From a candidate division WWE3 bacterium UBA1401 (lineage in GTDB: Bacteria; Patescibacteriota; WWE3; UBA101185; UBA10185), in NCBI GenBank assembly GCA_002305115.1, contig DBQF01000003.1, forward strand, positions 1,338 to 65,337: a stretch of DNA of 64,000 bases. Direction: 5' to 3'. The notes under the pieces were generated by a model, which saw nothing but the letters and a program-made list of their open reading frames with translations, had not been told where the DNA came from and searched no databases. Positions 35,383 to 44,782 of this stretch are shown here, one piece after another (position 1 is the first letter of the stretch; every line of letters begins with the position of its first letter). The position numbers and the translations under genes were made by a program.

Positions 35383-36226
35383 ACAGTCAATTCCAAAGCA
35401 CTCTTTTCTTTTCTGGCTCGTAATACCATGCATTGTGGTTTGGCTGGCCTTCAATTACGTAAGAGCCGCAACAGATACTAACTACAGAGTAGCACCCGTA
35501 GAGGCCAAAACTACAGAATCTAATATTGAAGTGTTTACAAGAGAATTTCCAGACCCCCCAGAAAACATAAACGGCTATGTTACTTTATGGTTTGATGATG
35601 CGTGGATGTCACAGTACACAACGGCCGCGCCACTTCTTAAGGAATATGGCTTTGTAGGAACAATGGCAGTGCCAACAAAGGCGATAGAGACACAGGATTA
35701 TGCTAACTGGGGGCAGGTTCAAAGATTACAAAAAGAAGGATGGGAAATTACAAACCATAGCCAAACACATGACTGCGAGATGCACAACTGGTCAAAAGCA
35801 GATATAAAAAATGAATTTATCAGAGCAACTTTAGAACTTTGGAGTAAAGAACTTACATCAGATATTTTCGTGTCGCCTTGCGGAGTTACCAGTGCCACTT
35901 TAGTCAGGGAGGCCAAAACCCATTTTGCGGCATTTAGAGGAGTTAGTCCTGGAATAAATGACTTAGCAAACCTAGATCCGTACCAACTTTCCATTAAAAA
36001 CATAGATATGAACACAACTCTAGACGAGCTAACACACTTATTGGTAAGCACGAAGCAAAGCAAAGGCTGGCTCATTATTGTGTTCCATAAGGTAGGAGAA
36101 GATGTAGAAGCAACCGAAGACGAACTATACAATATAGAACTTGAAGATTTCAAACTGTTGCTAGAAGAAATTAAACTAAGAGAAATTCCGGTGGTGACAC
36201 CCTCGCAACTACTAAAAAGTTTATGA
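35366..36226 (+). CDS. polysaccharide deacetylase (NodB homology domain), membrane-anchored
   Basis: TLWFDDAW (motif 1), NHSQTH (H-S/T-x-x-H motif 2). N-terminal TM anchor. Confidence 0.75.
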   Translation: MQKPDEQSIPKHSFLFWLVIPCIVVWLAFNYVRAATDTNYRVAPVEAKTTESNIEVFTREFPDPPENINGYVTLWFDDAWMSQYTTAAPLLKEYGFVGTMAVPTKAIETQDYANWGQVQRLQKEGWEITNHSQTHDCEMHNWSKADIKNEFIRATLELWSKELTSDIFVSPCGVTSATLVREAKTHFAAFRGVSPGINDLANLDPYQLSIKNIDMNTTLDELTHLLVSTKQSKGWLIIVFHKVGEDVEATEDELYNIELEDFKLLLEEIKLREIPVVTPSQLLKSL

Positions 36227-37287
36227 CAAAGCAAAAAGTAGCCATCTTAGTGCCAGCGCATAATGAGGCAAAGGTAATAGATCATACCCTAAAGGCAATC
36301 CGCCAACTGAGCTTTGCTAAACATATCTACATAGTTGATGATGGTTCAACAGACACAACCAGAAAGCAGGCACTAAGCTATACAAAAAATGTTTTAACAA
36401 TTAAAAATAGAGGTAAGGCAGAGGCACTAAATATTGCAATAGAACATTTTGCACTTACCGAAAAGTATAACTATATCTTGTTCATGGATGCGGATACCTT
36501 GCCACAACCTGATTTTCTGGATTATGCTATGCCAATCTTTGCTGCAGATAAGCAATGTGCAGTTACGTGTGTAGTGGGAAGAGTAGAGGGCTACGGGCTT
36601 AACTGGATAGAAAAGTATAGGCAATGGGAATATCAAGTTTCTCATTTCATTTACAAGGAAGCACAGTCGTTTACAAAAACCGTACTGGTTGCTCCTGGTT
36701 GTGCCACAGTCTACAGAAGCAGTATTTTTAAAGAGCTGAGAATCCCAAAAGGCACGCTAACCGAAGACATGGATTTCACATTTATCTTACACAGAAAGGG
36801 CTACTTTAACATGGTGTTTGAAGAAAAGTGCTGTGTCTTAACTCAAGATCCCAGAACTATCAAAGATTATGTTAAGCAAATTAGTAGATGGTATACAGGA
36901 TTTTGGCAAAATGTTGCTAAACACGAAATACCATGGCATGGGCAAAAACTAGATTACGAAGTTACTATCTTAGCTCTGGAAGGTCTGTACAATGGACTGC
37001 TTGTTATGCTGTTGCTTGTTTTCTTTGTACCATTGGCGTTACACAAGCATCTATCTATTCTATGGTACCCATTTATGTTTGATTTAACCGTGTTTTTTCT
37101 ACCTACACTCATATGGACTGCAGTAAAAAAGAAGGATATCAGTACATTTCTGTTTATACCGTTATTTTACGTATTGCGGTTGCTTTCCAGCCTTATTTTT
37201 CTACTTAGTTACTTTAAAGCCAATATCAGTAAGAAAGAGAACTTTAATTGGTCTACTAATAGATATTTGCTTAACAGAAAGGAGTAG
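36223..37287 (+). CDS. family 2 processive beta-glycosyltransferase (NodC/PgaC/chitin-synthase-like)
   Basis: ILVPAHNE, IVDDGSTD, FMDADT, LTEDMDFT, QISRWYTG (QxxRW), C-terminal TM helices. ATGA overlap with the deacetylase gene. Confidence 0.75.
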   Translation: MTKQKVAILVPAHNEAKVIDHTLKAIRQLSFAKHIYIVDDGSTDTTRKQALSYTKNVLTIKNRGKAEALNIAIEHFALTEKYNYILFMDADTLPQPDFLDYAMPIFAADKQCAVTCVVGRVEGYGLNWIEKYRQWEYQVSHFIYKEAQSFTKTVLVAPGCATVYRSSIFKELRIPKGTLTEDMDFTFILHRKGYFNMVFEEKCCVLTQDPRTIKDYVKQISRWYTGFWQNVAKHEIPWHGQKLDYEVTILALEGLYNGLLVMLLLVFFVPLALHKHLSILWYPFMFDLTVFFLPTLIWTAVKKKDISTFLFIPLFYVLRLLSSLIFLLSYFKANISKKENFNWSTNRYLLNRKE

Positions 37288-37389
37288 AAATGTCTTTGAC
37301 ATCACCAAAATTAGGAGGCATAACTCTGATAATGCATATAGCTGTGGCAGCAATTTCAAGAGGGAAAAAAGCATTACAAAAACCGGGTA

Positions 37390-38454
37390 CTAATGATCAA
37401 AAAGTGTCACATCCATCCCACCAAGGCTCCAAATAACAAATCTTGTTAAACCAAGCGAATGCGCAAGTTTCATCTTCAGTAATATAGATTCACTGTCAGA
37501 AAGCCAGCCATGAAAGCTATCCGATACATAAATAAGTTCTCCCGACAGGGGATCGCGCCTGTGTGAATAATAGCCGGGGTCATAGTTATCAACAAGATAT
37601 TTGGTGAATTCATCGTACTGAAAAGAATGAGTAACACCGGATGTTTCCCATAAATAGCCATAAGAAGGCAACCCGACTACAAGTTTTTCCCGGGGAATTT
37701 TTTTCAGACTGTGCGTTAGTACCTGTAGCATCCAATCGTATGGGGCAATGGCGCCGGCATCGGAAAACTTGCCGTGGCGGTCATAGATCATGACACGAAC
37801 TTCGTCGGCAAGCTTGGCAATTTCTTCCAAGTCTTGGCCTTTTGATATTTCACTGTCATAGTTGCCTGTTTGGGCATGAACAGTTACTACTAGCTTTAAG
37901 TTTCTACTAACTAACAGAGTGCGAAGTTTTTCCAAAAACAGCGTAAAGTCATTTCTGTTATGAGATTTAATACCTTCTAAATCTATATCTATACCATCAA
38001 CGTTAAGCTCAACCAATTTAGCAATTAAAGTCTGCTGAAAAGTTTCCGCATAACCGTTTTCAGGATCAAGAAAGACAGATAAATCATCTCCAGTTAAATC
38101 TGAGGCAAGCGTGGGTATAAGTTCCAGTCCTAATTCTTTAATCTCAAGTGAGGCAAGCGTTTTGGGCCTTGCAGATCTACCTCGTTCTTCCAGTTCATAG
38201 TTTACATCAACATAAAACCACATCGGCGAAATAGAAGTGAATTTTGTTGGATAGGCGGCAATAAGTGTGTATGCCTCGTCTTCTTTCCACCAAGGAATCC
38301 AGCCGGAAATTTGGATAGTGTTTAGGTCAAACTTGTCGGTTATGGTTGTAAAATCAGTACAGTTTTTGCGGGGAAAGCATGGGTTGTTATTGAGTAGGTG
38401 AATACCAGCTGCTAGTGTAAGACCAAAAATTGTAAGGGCAATAAGATATTTCAT
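37390..38454 (-). CDS. glycoside hydrolase family 18 (chitinase-like), signal-anchored
   Basis: Catalytic DxxDxDxE motif VDGIDIDLEG. N-terminal hydrophobic anchor. Confidence 0.75.
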   Translation of the reverse strand: MKYLIALTIFGLTLAAGIHLLNNNPCFPRKNCTDFTTITDKFDLNTIQISGWIPWWKEDEAYTLIAAYPTKFTSISPMWFYVDVNYELEERGRSARPKTLASLEIKELGLELIPTLASDLTGDDLSVFLDPENGYAETFQQTLIAKLVELNVDGIDIDLEGIKSHNRNDFTLFLEKLRTLLVSRNLKLVVTVHAQTGNYDSEISKGQDLEEIAKLADEVRVMIYDRHGKFSDAGAIAPYDWMLQVLTHSLKKIPREKLVVGLPSYGYLWETSGVTHSFQYDEFTKYLVDNYDPGYYSHRRDPLSGELIYVSDSFHGWLSDSESILLKMKLAHSLGLTRFVIWSLGGMDVTLFDH

Positions 38455-38547
38455 TATGTGTATTGATGTATTTTATCATGAGCTTTTAATTGTCAAGAGT
38501 ATAATGGGCAGTTGAGCCAAAACTCCCAAACCTGTATAATCTATAGA

Positions 38548-39123
38548 ATGGTACAACTATTAGAGGCCATACATTTTGCTACCATACGCCATGGCAACCA
38601 GCTTCGTAAAGATGGGAAATCGCCATACATCACCCACGCGCTTGCAGTAGCACTTCTTATTTCCAAAATCACTAAAGATCAAGACCTTGTAATTGCCGGT
38701 ATCTTGCACGATCTGATCGAAGACACTGATACTTCCTATACAGATATATGCGCAAAATTTGGCAACAAAATAGCAGATATTGTAGCCTCGTGCTCCATAA
38801 AAAATAGCGGAGAAAACTGGTTAGAGCGTAAGCAAAGGGCTTTGGATAACATAAAGCGCATGACTTTTGATGCAGCTCTAGTAAAGGCTGCGGATATACT
38901 TCACAATACATATGAAATGAGAGTCAACGTAGAGAACTTTGGAATTGAGTATTTGGAGATCTTTAGCATAGATGCCCAAACAAAAATAAGTTATGAAAGA
39001 AAAAGGCTAGAGGAGCTTAAGTTGTATCACGGAAATATCCACTTGCTTAAAGATATCGAGGAAAACCTAAAATTTTTAGAAGCTAGTGTAGTAGCATCGT
39101 CAACTACAATAATTGGGGCTTAA
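38548..39123 (+). CDS. HD-domain (p)ppGpp-hydrolase-like protein (SpoT/Mesh1-type small alarmone hydrolase)
   Basis: AIHFATIRHGNQLRKDGKSPYITHALAVA...GILHDLIEDT. Start set to the ATG at 38548 (TATAAT 38535-38540 plus 7 nt). Confidence 0.7.
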   Translation: MVQLLEAIHFATIRHGNQLRKDGKSPYITHALAVALLISKITKDQDLVIAGILHDLIEDTDTSYTDICAKFGNKIADIVASCSIKNSGENWLERKQRALDNIKRMTFDAALVKAADILHNTYEMRVNVENFGIEYLEIFSIDAQTKISYERKRLEELKLYHGNIHLLKDIEENLKFLEASVVASSTTIIGA

Positions 39124-40100
39124 CCAACCTGAAGAACACCCTGTTCGGGCTGCCAAACACTTTTCGTTCCCAGCGATAGGCATAACTCCTGCATTTTAGT
39201 GACTATACCATCAACTCTACTACTAGGTGCAAGCTGCGCCTGAAAATCTGCAATTAGTGTTGGAAATAGAGTTATACTATTAAGTCTAGTTGGATTTGGC
39301 ATAAGATCTAGCATAAAAATAAAGGATTCATCATTGCGCTCTAACTCGTCAACCGCATAATCGTCAATAAAATCCCCAGTGGAATATAGGATGGGTTTAT
39401 CCTTATAAAGTTCAATGCCTCTAAAAATATGAGGTGAATGGCCGTATACAATATCAACCCCTGCATCAATAAGGGCATGAGCAAAATTTACATGTTCTGG
39501 AAGGGGATTATACCCCCAATTTGGCCCCCAATGCGTGGATATTATTAAGATATCAACATCATCTCTTGTCAGGGTTATCAACTCAAAAAGCCTCTTTGCT
39601 CGCGTATCTGCTATGTCAACCGGTACATAAAACACGCCCGGGCTCATTTCAGTTGCTTCCCAACTAGGTTCATTATCTGTAACAGCAATCATACCTACAG
39701 TTACGCCATTAGCTACGTATTCCCCAACTGTTGATGCATCAAGATAGCTAGCTCCAGCCCCCGCAAAAACAATTTGGGCATCAGTTAGCACTTTAGTTGT
39801 TCGAGCCAAACCTTCATAACCGTAATCGAGCACATGGTTATTGGCAAGAGCAACCATGTTGATAGGTGGATTTACAAGAGTGGTTACATTCTTTTCATCT
39901 GAACGGAAGTGAAAAATTTTTGGTGTTTGGCTCCAAGGTTGCCCATAATCTGTTAGGGCACATTCCAAATTACAAATACGCATATCAGCACTTCTAAGTA
40001 TTGACAGAGTATCCCCCCAAGGATAATTGGACGGTGCCCATTTTAGCAGTTCATTAACCAACCTACCAAGCATTACATCGCCTACAAACGCAAGTTTCAT
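39120..40100 (-). CDS. CapA/PGA_cap family metallophosphoesterase-like protein
   Basis: KLAFVGDVMLGR, NLECAL, ANNHVLDYG, STHWG, GHSPH. Start at the ATG at 40100, giving an ATGA overlap with the upstream gene. Confidence 0.75.
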   Translation of the reverse strand: MKLAFVGDVMLGRLVNELLKWAPSNYPWGDTLSILRSADMRICNLECALTDYGQPWSQTPKIFHFRSDEKNVTTLVNPPINMVALANNHVLDYGYEGLARTTKVLTDAQIVFAGAGASYLDASTVGEYVANGVTVGMIAVTDNEPSWEATEMSPGVFYVPVDIADTRAKRLFELITLTRDDVDILIISTHWGPNWGYNPLPEHVNFAHALIDAGVDIVYGHSPHIFRGIELYKDKPILYSTGDFIDDYAVDELERNDESFIFMLDLMPNPTRLNSITLFPTLIADFQAQLAPSSRVDGIVTKMQELCLSLGTKSVWQPEQGVLQVG

Positions 40101-40762
40101 AGGTGTCGCTTGAACCAATCCTTTGCGTAAATGGCAACGGTTTCCAAAGTACCGGGTTCCTCAAACAAATGTGTAGCACCGGAAACAAGAACAAGTTCTT
40201 TGTCATCAACGTCTGTGAGCTGATTCATAGCCATTTTGTTTAGATCTATTACTTGATAATCTTTACCACCAACTAATAAAAGTGTGGGAATAGTTAGCTT
40301 TTCCAAAAACTTCTCTGCCAGATCCGGTCTACCACCTCGTGACACTACTGCCTTAATTTTGCTATCTTGAATTTTCACAGCAGCAACAATTGCTGCAGCG
40401 GCACCGGTGGAAGAACCAAAGTACCCAATAGCCAGGTCTTTTGTAGAAGCATCATTTTGCACAAAGCGCGTGGCATAAACTAATCTACCTGCCAAAAGTT
40501 CTATATCAAATCTATATTCTCTTGTTAATATATCCTGCTCTTCCTCCTGAGGGCTTAAAAGATCAATAAGTAACGTAGCAATATTATCCTTATTTAAAAC
40601 CTCCGCCACATATTTATTACGTGGGCTGAACCTACTGCTACCACTACCGTGTGCGAAAATTACAACGCCATGGGCATTTTCTGGAATTATCAAGTCACCG
40701 GTAATAGTCACACCTTGTGCATTAACATGTATCTCTCTGGAGTAATGTGACTTATTTTTCAT
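40097..40762 (-). CDS. dienelactone hydrolase family alpha/beta hydrolase
   Basis: VVIFAHGSGSSRFSPRN, GYFGSSTGAAAA nucleophile region, GATHLFEEPG. Confidence 0.7.
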   Translation of the reverse strand: MKNKSHYSREIHVNAQGVTITGDLIIPENAHGVVIFAHGSGSSRFSPRNKYVAEVLNKDNIATLLIDLLSPQEEEQDILTREYRFDIELLAGRLVYATRFVQNDASTKDLAIGYFGSSTGAAAAIVAAVKIQDSKIKAVVSRGGRPDLAEKFLEKLTIPTLLLVGGKDYQVIDLNKMAMNQLTDVDDKELVLVSGATHLFEEPGTLETVAIYAKDWFKRHL

Positions 40763-41426
40763 TTCTTGCCTTCCTAAGTAAAGCTAAGACTTCAGCATCT
40801 GTGACCTGGCTAAATTCCCTGTACCATTGGCCCACAGCAACAAACTGTTGGGGCGATGCCAAACATATAAGAACATCGACCAAAGAACGTAAATTCTCTG
40901 CAGTATCATAGGCACAAACCGGGGCAGCAAATATCAGCTTTTTTGGATTAGCCTTTCTAATTGCCTCTATTGCCGCAATAGCTGTGGAACCGGTTGCCAC
41001 TCCGTCATCAACCACAATTACAGTTTTATCTCGTAGCTCAGGAAGAGGTGCACCATTTCTATAAATATCAATTCTACGCTGAAGTTCTTCTCTTTCCTCA
41101 GCTATTACCTGTGCTAATGCTTCTTGGGGAACACCTACAAGTGCAATAGTATCTTCATTCAATACTTCCACCCCGTTTTCGCTAATGGCACCTAGACCGA
41201 ATTCTCTATTACCGGGCATGCCAATCTTGCGGGAGATGATGACATCAAAAGCGGCATTAAGCTTTTTGGCTAGTTCAAACCCGACTACAGCGCCGCCCCT
41301 GGGCAAGGCAAGAACAACAGTCTCCTCGTCTGTTATTTGTTCAGAAACACGCTCTGCAAGTTCTTGGCCTGCTTGCTGTCTGTTATCAAACAGTATCATG
41401 TCATTTTCCCAAGGGGCTATATTCAT
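40752..41426 (-). CDS. phosphoribosyltransferase-domain protein
   Basis: PRPP-binding loop VIVVDDGVATGST. F.DR..AG..LA start region. Confidence 0.8.
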   Translation of the reverse strand: MNIAPWENDMILFDNRQQAGQELAERVSEQITDEETVVLALPRGGAVVGFELAKKLNAAFDVIISRKIGMPGNREFGLGAISENGVEVLNEDTIALVGVPQEALAQVIAEEREELQRRIDIYRNGAPLPELRDKTVIVVDDGVATGSTAIAAIEAIRKANPKKLIFAAPVCAYDTAENLRSLVDVLICLASPQQFVAVGQWYREFSQVTDAEVLALLRKARNEK

Positions 41427-41487
41427 ATTTTCGCATTTTAGAGAACCAAGTAGGGTTTTATGTGGGAATTAGACAAGAAAAGGTTAA

Positions 41488-41658
41488 GAGCTTTTTATAT
41501 TAATTTACAGTAGTTTCGTAAACTGGGACTCTGTAGACAAGTCAACTAAATTATTACATGTTTATGTTAAAGAACCAGCTAAAGAGAATAAGGCAAATTG
41601 CGCTGTTATAGCAGTATTAGCCAAATACTATGCTGTCAGAAAGCTAGCATTAGCTTAG
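41488..41658 (+). pseudogene. possible DUF167/YggU remnant without a canonical start codon
   Basis: A 56-codon open frame ending KEPAKENKANCAVIAVLAKYYAVRKLALA resembles the GKAN..li.flak core of DUF167. No in-frame ATG, GTG or TTG near its 5' end. Confidence 0.25.
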
Positions 41659-41742
41659 TACATGGTGAAAAATCCAAGAGTAAGGTTTTCGAAATCAGCA
41701 ATATTAAATAACTCCTATGTAAATTGGTATAATGCAATCTAC

Positions 41743-42426
41743 ATGAAAATACTGATCATCGAAGACGATAAAACGCTTGCAACTAACCTCAGCAGAACAC
41801 TTTCCGGCGAGGGCTTTGCTGTTGATACGGCTTACAACTATAGTCAGGGGATTGAACACATAGATATCAACTCATACGATACCATCGTGCTAGATATCGG
41901 GTTACCCGACGGCAGTGGATTTGAACTTTTAACCACTATTAGAAACCTTGGTAATGAAACTCCTGTAATTATTGCTACAGCAAGAGGAGATACCGAAGAC
42001 AGAGTAAAAGGCCTAAACTTAGGAGCAGATGACTATGTGCCCAAACCGGTTGATACACAAGAGCTTATTGCCAGAATCAGAGCCGTAGTTAGAAGAAATA
42101 GCGCAAACGCACTACCCGTAATTACAATCGGGAATTTAGTAATTAAGCCAGCGGAGCACTATGCAGCAGTGAACAACCAACCTCTTAGTTTTACAGCCAA
42201 AGAGTTCGCTGTACTGGAGTATTTAGCACTACACAGCGGCCAAATTGTAACCAGAGCTATGTTGATGGAGCACGTGTGGGGAAGTGATTTTGAGAGTTTC
42301 TCCAATGTCATAGATGTATACATAAAAAATCTCCGAAAAGCACTTAGTAAGCACACAGACAAAAATCTAATAATAACTATCAGGGGCAAGGGGTACATCT
42401 TGGGAAAAAATGATCAACAAACTTAA
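41743..42426 (+). CDS. OmpR-family response regulator
   Basis: MKILIIEDD receiver start, the phospho-acceptor D in VLDIGLPDG, and a winged-helix C-terminus (IRGKGY). TGgTATAAT lies 9 nt upstream of the ATG at 41743. Confidence 0.85.
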   Translation: MKILIIEDDKTLATNLSRTLSGEGFAVDTAYNYSQGIEHIDINSYDTIVLDIGLPDGSGFELLTTIRNLGNETPVIIATARGDTEDRVKGLNLGADDYVPKPVDTQELIARIRAVVRRNSANALPVITIGNLVIKPAEHYAAVNNQPLSFTAKEFAVLEYLALHSGQIVTRAMLMEHVWGSDFESFSNVIDVYIKNLRKALSKHTDKNLIITIRGKGYILGKNDQQT

Positions 42427-43771
42427 AGAAAGAGTAACAAAAACATTAAGGGGACAACTTACACTTTGGTATGTCGCAACTGTGTCAACAATATTTGTGC
42501 TGTTCTCAGTTTTAGTGGGTTTTTTGTTTTGGCGTACTCTTAATCAGCAGGTGGATCATCATCTGCACATTGTATTAAGTGAAGCACAAGAAGTTGTTTC
42601 CCAATATAAAGGAACTGCGCAACAAACACTCATAAGAAATCTTGTGAGCGCACAAGGCATGATTGTAGTTGTACTTTCTCCTGATGGCTCTCCCATATTA
42701 GAAACCGCAAGCCCGGATGTATCTTTAGTGGCAGAACATGAGCTACAGCAGATCTTGGCTATAGCGAATTTGGACAACCACAACCCAATTTATTTTACTC
42801 TGGACGATAGTAGATTTGCGGCAGCTCCCGTCTCACTAGCTACAGGTAGGGGTATAGTTGCAGTGGGTTATTCAACAAATATCTTTAAGGATTCGGTTTA
42901 CAGATTACTAGCTGTTACTATTGGGAGTTTAGCACTGCTAGTACTCCCGCTGACTGTTTTGGGACATATTCTGCTAAAAAAGCAACTGCAACCTCTAGAA
43001 AAGCTGGCGCAAAAAATGGGGGAATTAACAGACTTTTCTGCCCTTTCGGAAAAGCTTACCATCTCTGCAAATACCGAAGAGTTATCAACTATTCAACACG
43101 CTTTCAACACTATGACAACCAGGCTTGCACATGTATTTGCTATAGAAAGAAGATTCTTCCTAGATGCAGCACATACTCTAAAAACTCCTCTAGCTGTATT
43201 AAGATCTCAAACGGAAGCCGTGGAACTAAAAGCAGTTCAAAAGCAAGAAATGTTAAAAACAATAGATAATGCTACCGAGACAATTCAAAATTTGCTGTTG
43301 CTAGCCAAAGTTGGTAGCCTTGACTATCCCAATGAATCAGTTGACTTAACTTGTATCCTAAAACAACTAGTTGAACTGGCGTCAGTCCTTGGGCAGGAGA
43401 AACATTTACAGATACATTCGTATATCCAAGAAAATGTAACGCTGACTGCTAATAGCAGTTTAATTACAAGAGCCTTGAGCAACGTTATTATTAATGCAGT
43501 TAGGTATAACAAAGAAAGTGGTTCCGTAATCATCAAGCTTGAGATGTCTAGTACCAAAAAAATAATTACAGTTACAGACACCGGTGTAGGTATACCATCT
43601 TCGGACAAAGAGAAAATATTTACCAGATTTTTCCGCGCATCCAATGCTAATATTCCTGGTGCGGGACTGGGTTTGGCAATCACAAAAGAAGTGGTGGAGC
43701 TTTTTGGTGGAAATATTTCTTTTAACTCTGAAAAAACCAAAGGCTCTGTATTTACTATCGAATTTCCATAA
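42410..43771 (+). CDS. sensor histidine kinase (two TM helices, extracytoplasmic loop, HisKA plus HATPase_c)
   Basis: H-box FFLDAAHTLKTPLA, N-box NAVRYN, G-boxes DTGVGI and GAGLGLAI. Confidence 0.85.
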   Translation: MINKLKERVTKTLRGQLTLWYVATVSTIFVLFSVLVGFLFWRTLNQQVDHHLHIVLSEAQEVVSQYKGTAQQTLIRNLVSAQGMIVVVLSPDGSPILETASPDVSLVAEHELQQILAIANLDNHNPIYFTLDDSRFAAAPVSLATGRGIVAVGYSTNIFKDSVYRLLAVTIGSLALLVLPLTVLGHILLKKQLQPLEKLAQKMGELTDFSALSEKLTISANTEELSTIQHAFNTMTTRLAHVFAIERRFFLDAAHTLKTPLAVLRSQTEAVELKAVQKQEMLKTIDNATETIQNLLLLAKVGSLDYPNESVDLTCILKQLVELASVLGQEKHLQIHSYIQENVTLTANSSLITRALSNVIINAVRYNKESGSVIIKLEMSSTKKIITVTDTGVGIPSSDKEKIFTRFFRASNANIPGAGLGLAITKEVVELFGGNISFNSEKTKGSVFTIEFP

Positions 43772-43813
43772 CTTCATGTTCTCTTCATCTTCCATTTGCT
43801 ATTGTTTTCAAAT

Positions 43814-44764
43814 ATGGAAGAACAAGATAATTCCAAGAAAAAACTGAAAGAGATGCGTTTCTGGAAATTCAGTGCGATCTTTCTACTTGTAGTATTTGTA
43901 CTAAGCCAGTTTATTGTAATATCAATTTCAGTTAAGTCCCCATTTGGCAAAAAAGAAAAACCATCATCAGCGCAGTTAGCCCCAACTTCCTCACTTGAGA
44001 GCTTTGCTGGGTCTATTGCGGAAACCGTATTACCTTCTAAAGGCATTAGGTTACCAATTGAATGGAAAGATCTTGGAATCAGAATGGTGGCGGATGGCGT
44101 TATTGATGAACAGAAACTACGTAATCTTTTTAATGACAGTTTAACCGAAGCGGAAGAACGGATACTTACAGGAAATATGACATCTCCAATCATACTGACC
44201 GATCAAAATAGCCACTTTTTGCTCGACATGCTGTGGGCTTTTGGCCTGGCAAATAAAAACCCAATTCTAGATAACGGGGAAATGTCAGATAATAAATATG
44301 GCGGTCCGGGGAACTTTGCTTCTACAGGAGGCTGGACATTAGCTAAAGGAACCGGCCCTGATTACTACAGCAAATTCAGCTATATTAACTTAACACCTGA
44401 ACAACAAGCATTAGTTGCTGAAGTAGCTAGCAATATCTTCAGACCTTGCTGTGGAAACTCCACACACTTTCCGGACTGCAATCACGGCATGGCTATGTTG
44501 GGCTTATTGGAATTAATGGCCAGTAACGGAGTTACAGAAAAAGAGATGTATAAGGTGGCGCTACAAGTCAATGCCTACTGGTTTCCACAAACATATATCG
44601 ATCTTGCGACTTATTTCAAAGAACAAGGTACAGACTGGCAAGATGTAGACCCCAAAACTGTTTTAAGTGCACAATACTCAACCGCTCAAGGATATCAGCA
44701 AACCAAACAGCAAATTAGAAGTATCCCTCAACCGCAGGAGGGCAGCGGAGGTTGCTCAGTTTAG
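43814..44764 (+). CDS. membrane-anchored extracytoplasmic protein with a Cys/His cluster (RPCCGNSTHFPDCNHG), family unknown
   Basis: TM anchor FSAIFLLVVFVLSQFIVISI followed by a soluble domain. I did not recognise the motif. Start uncertain (TTG 43796, ATG 43814, ATG 43856). Confidence 0.4.
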   Translation: MEEQDNSKKKLKEMRFWKFSAIFLLVVFVLSQFIVISISVKSPFGKKEKPSSAQLAPTSSLESFAGSIAETVLPSKGIRLPIEWKDLGIRMVADGVIDEQKLRNLFNDSLTEAEERILTGNMTSPIILTDQNSHFLLDMLWAFGLANKNPILDNGEMSDNKYGGPGNFASTGGWTLAKGTGPDYYSKFSYINLTPEQQALVAEVASNIFRPCCGNSTHFPDCNHGMAMLGLLELMASNGVTEKEMYKVALQVNAYWFPQTYIDLATYFKEQGTDWQDVDPKTVLSAQYSTAQGYQQTKQQIRSIPQPQEGSGGCSV

Positions 44765-44782
44765 TTATTTTGAAAGGGTTAT

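Noticed and set aside
37288-37389. Short plus-strand ORF (MSLTSPKLGGITLIMHIAVAAISRGKK…) after the GT2 gene
   Set aside because: It runs into the 3' end of the convergent GH18 gene. It has no support beyond an ATG.
43774-44193. 139-aa minus-strand ORF overlapping the start of the Cys-motif gene. Other antisense ORFs include 1171-1545, 9906-10271, 35719-36234, 43324-43795 and 54762-55235.
   Set aside because: Each lies entirely within a longer opposite-strand gene that has recognisable motifs or membrane topology. There are no start signals, and the amino-acid composition is atypical.
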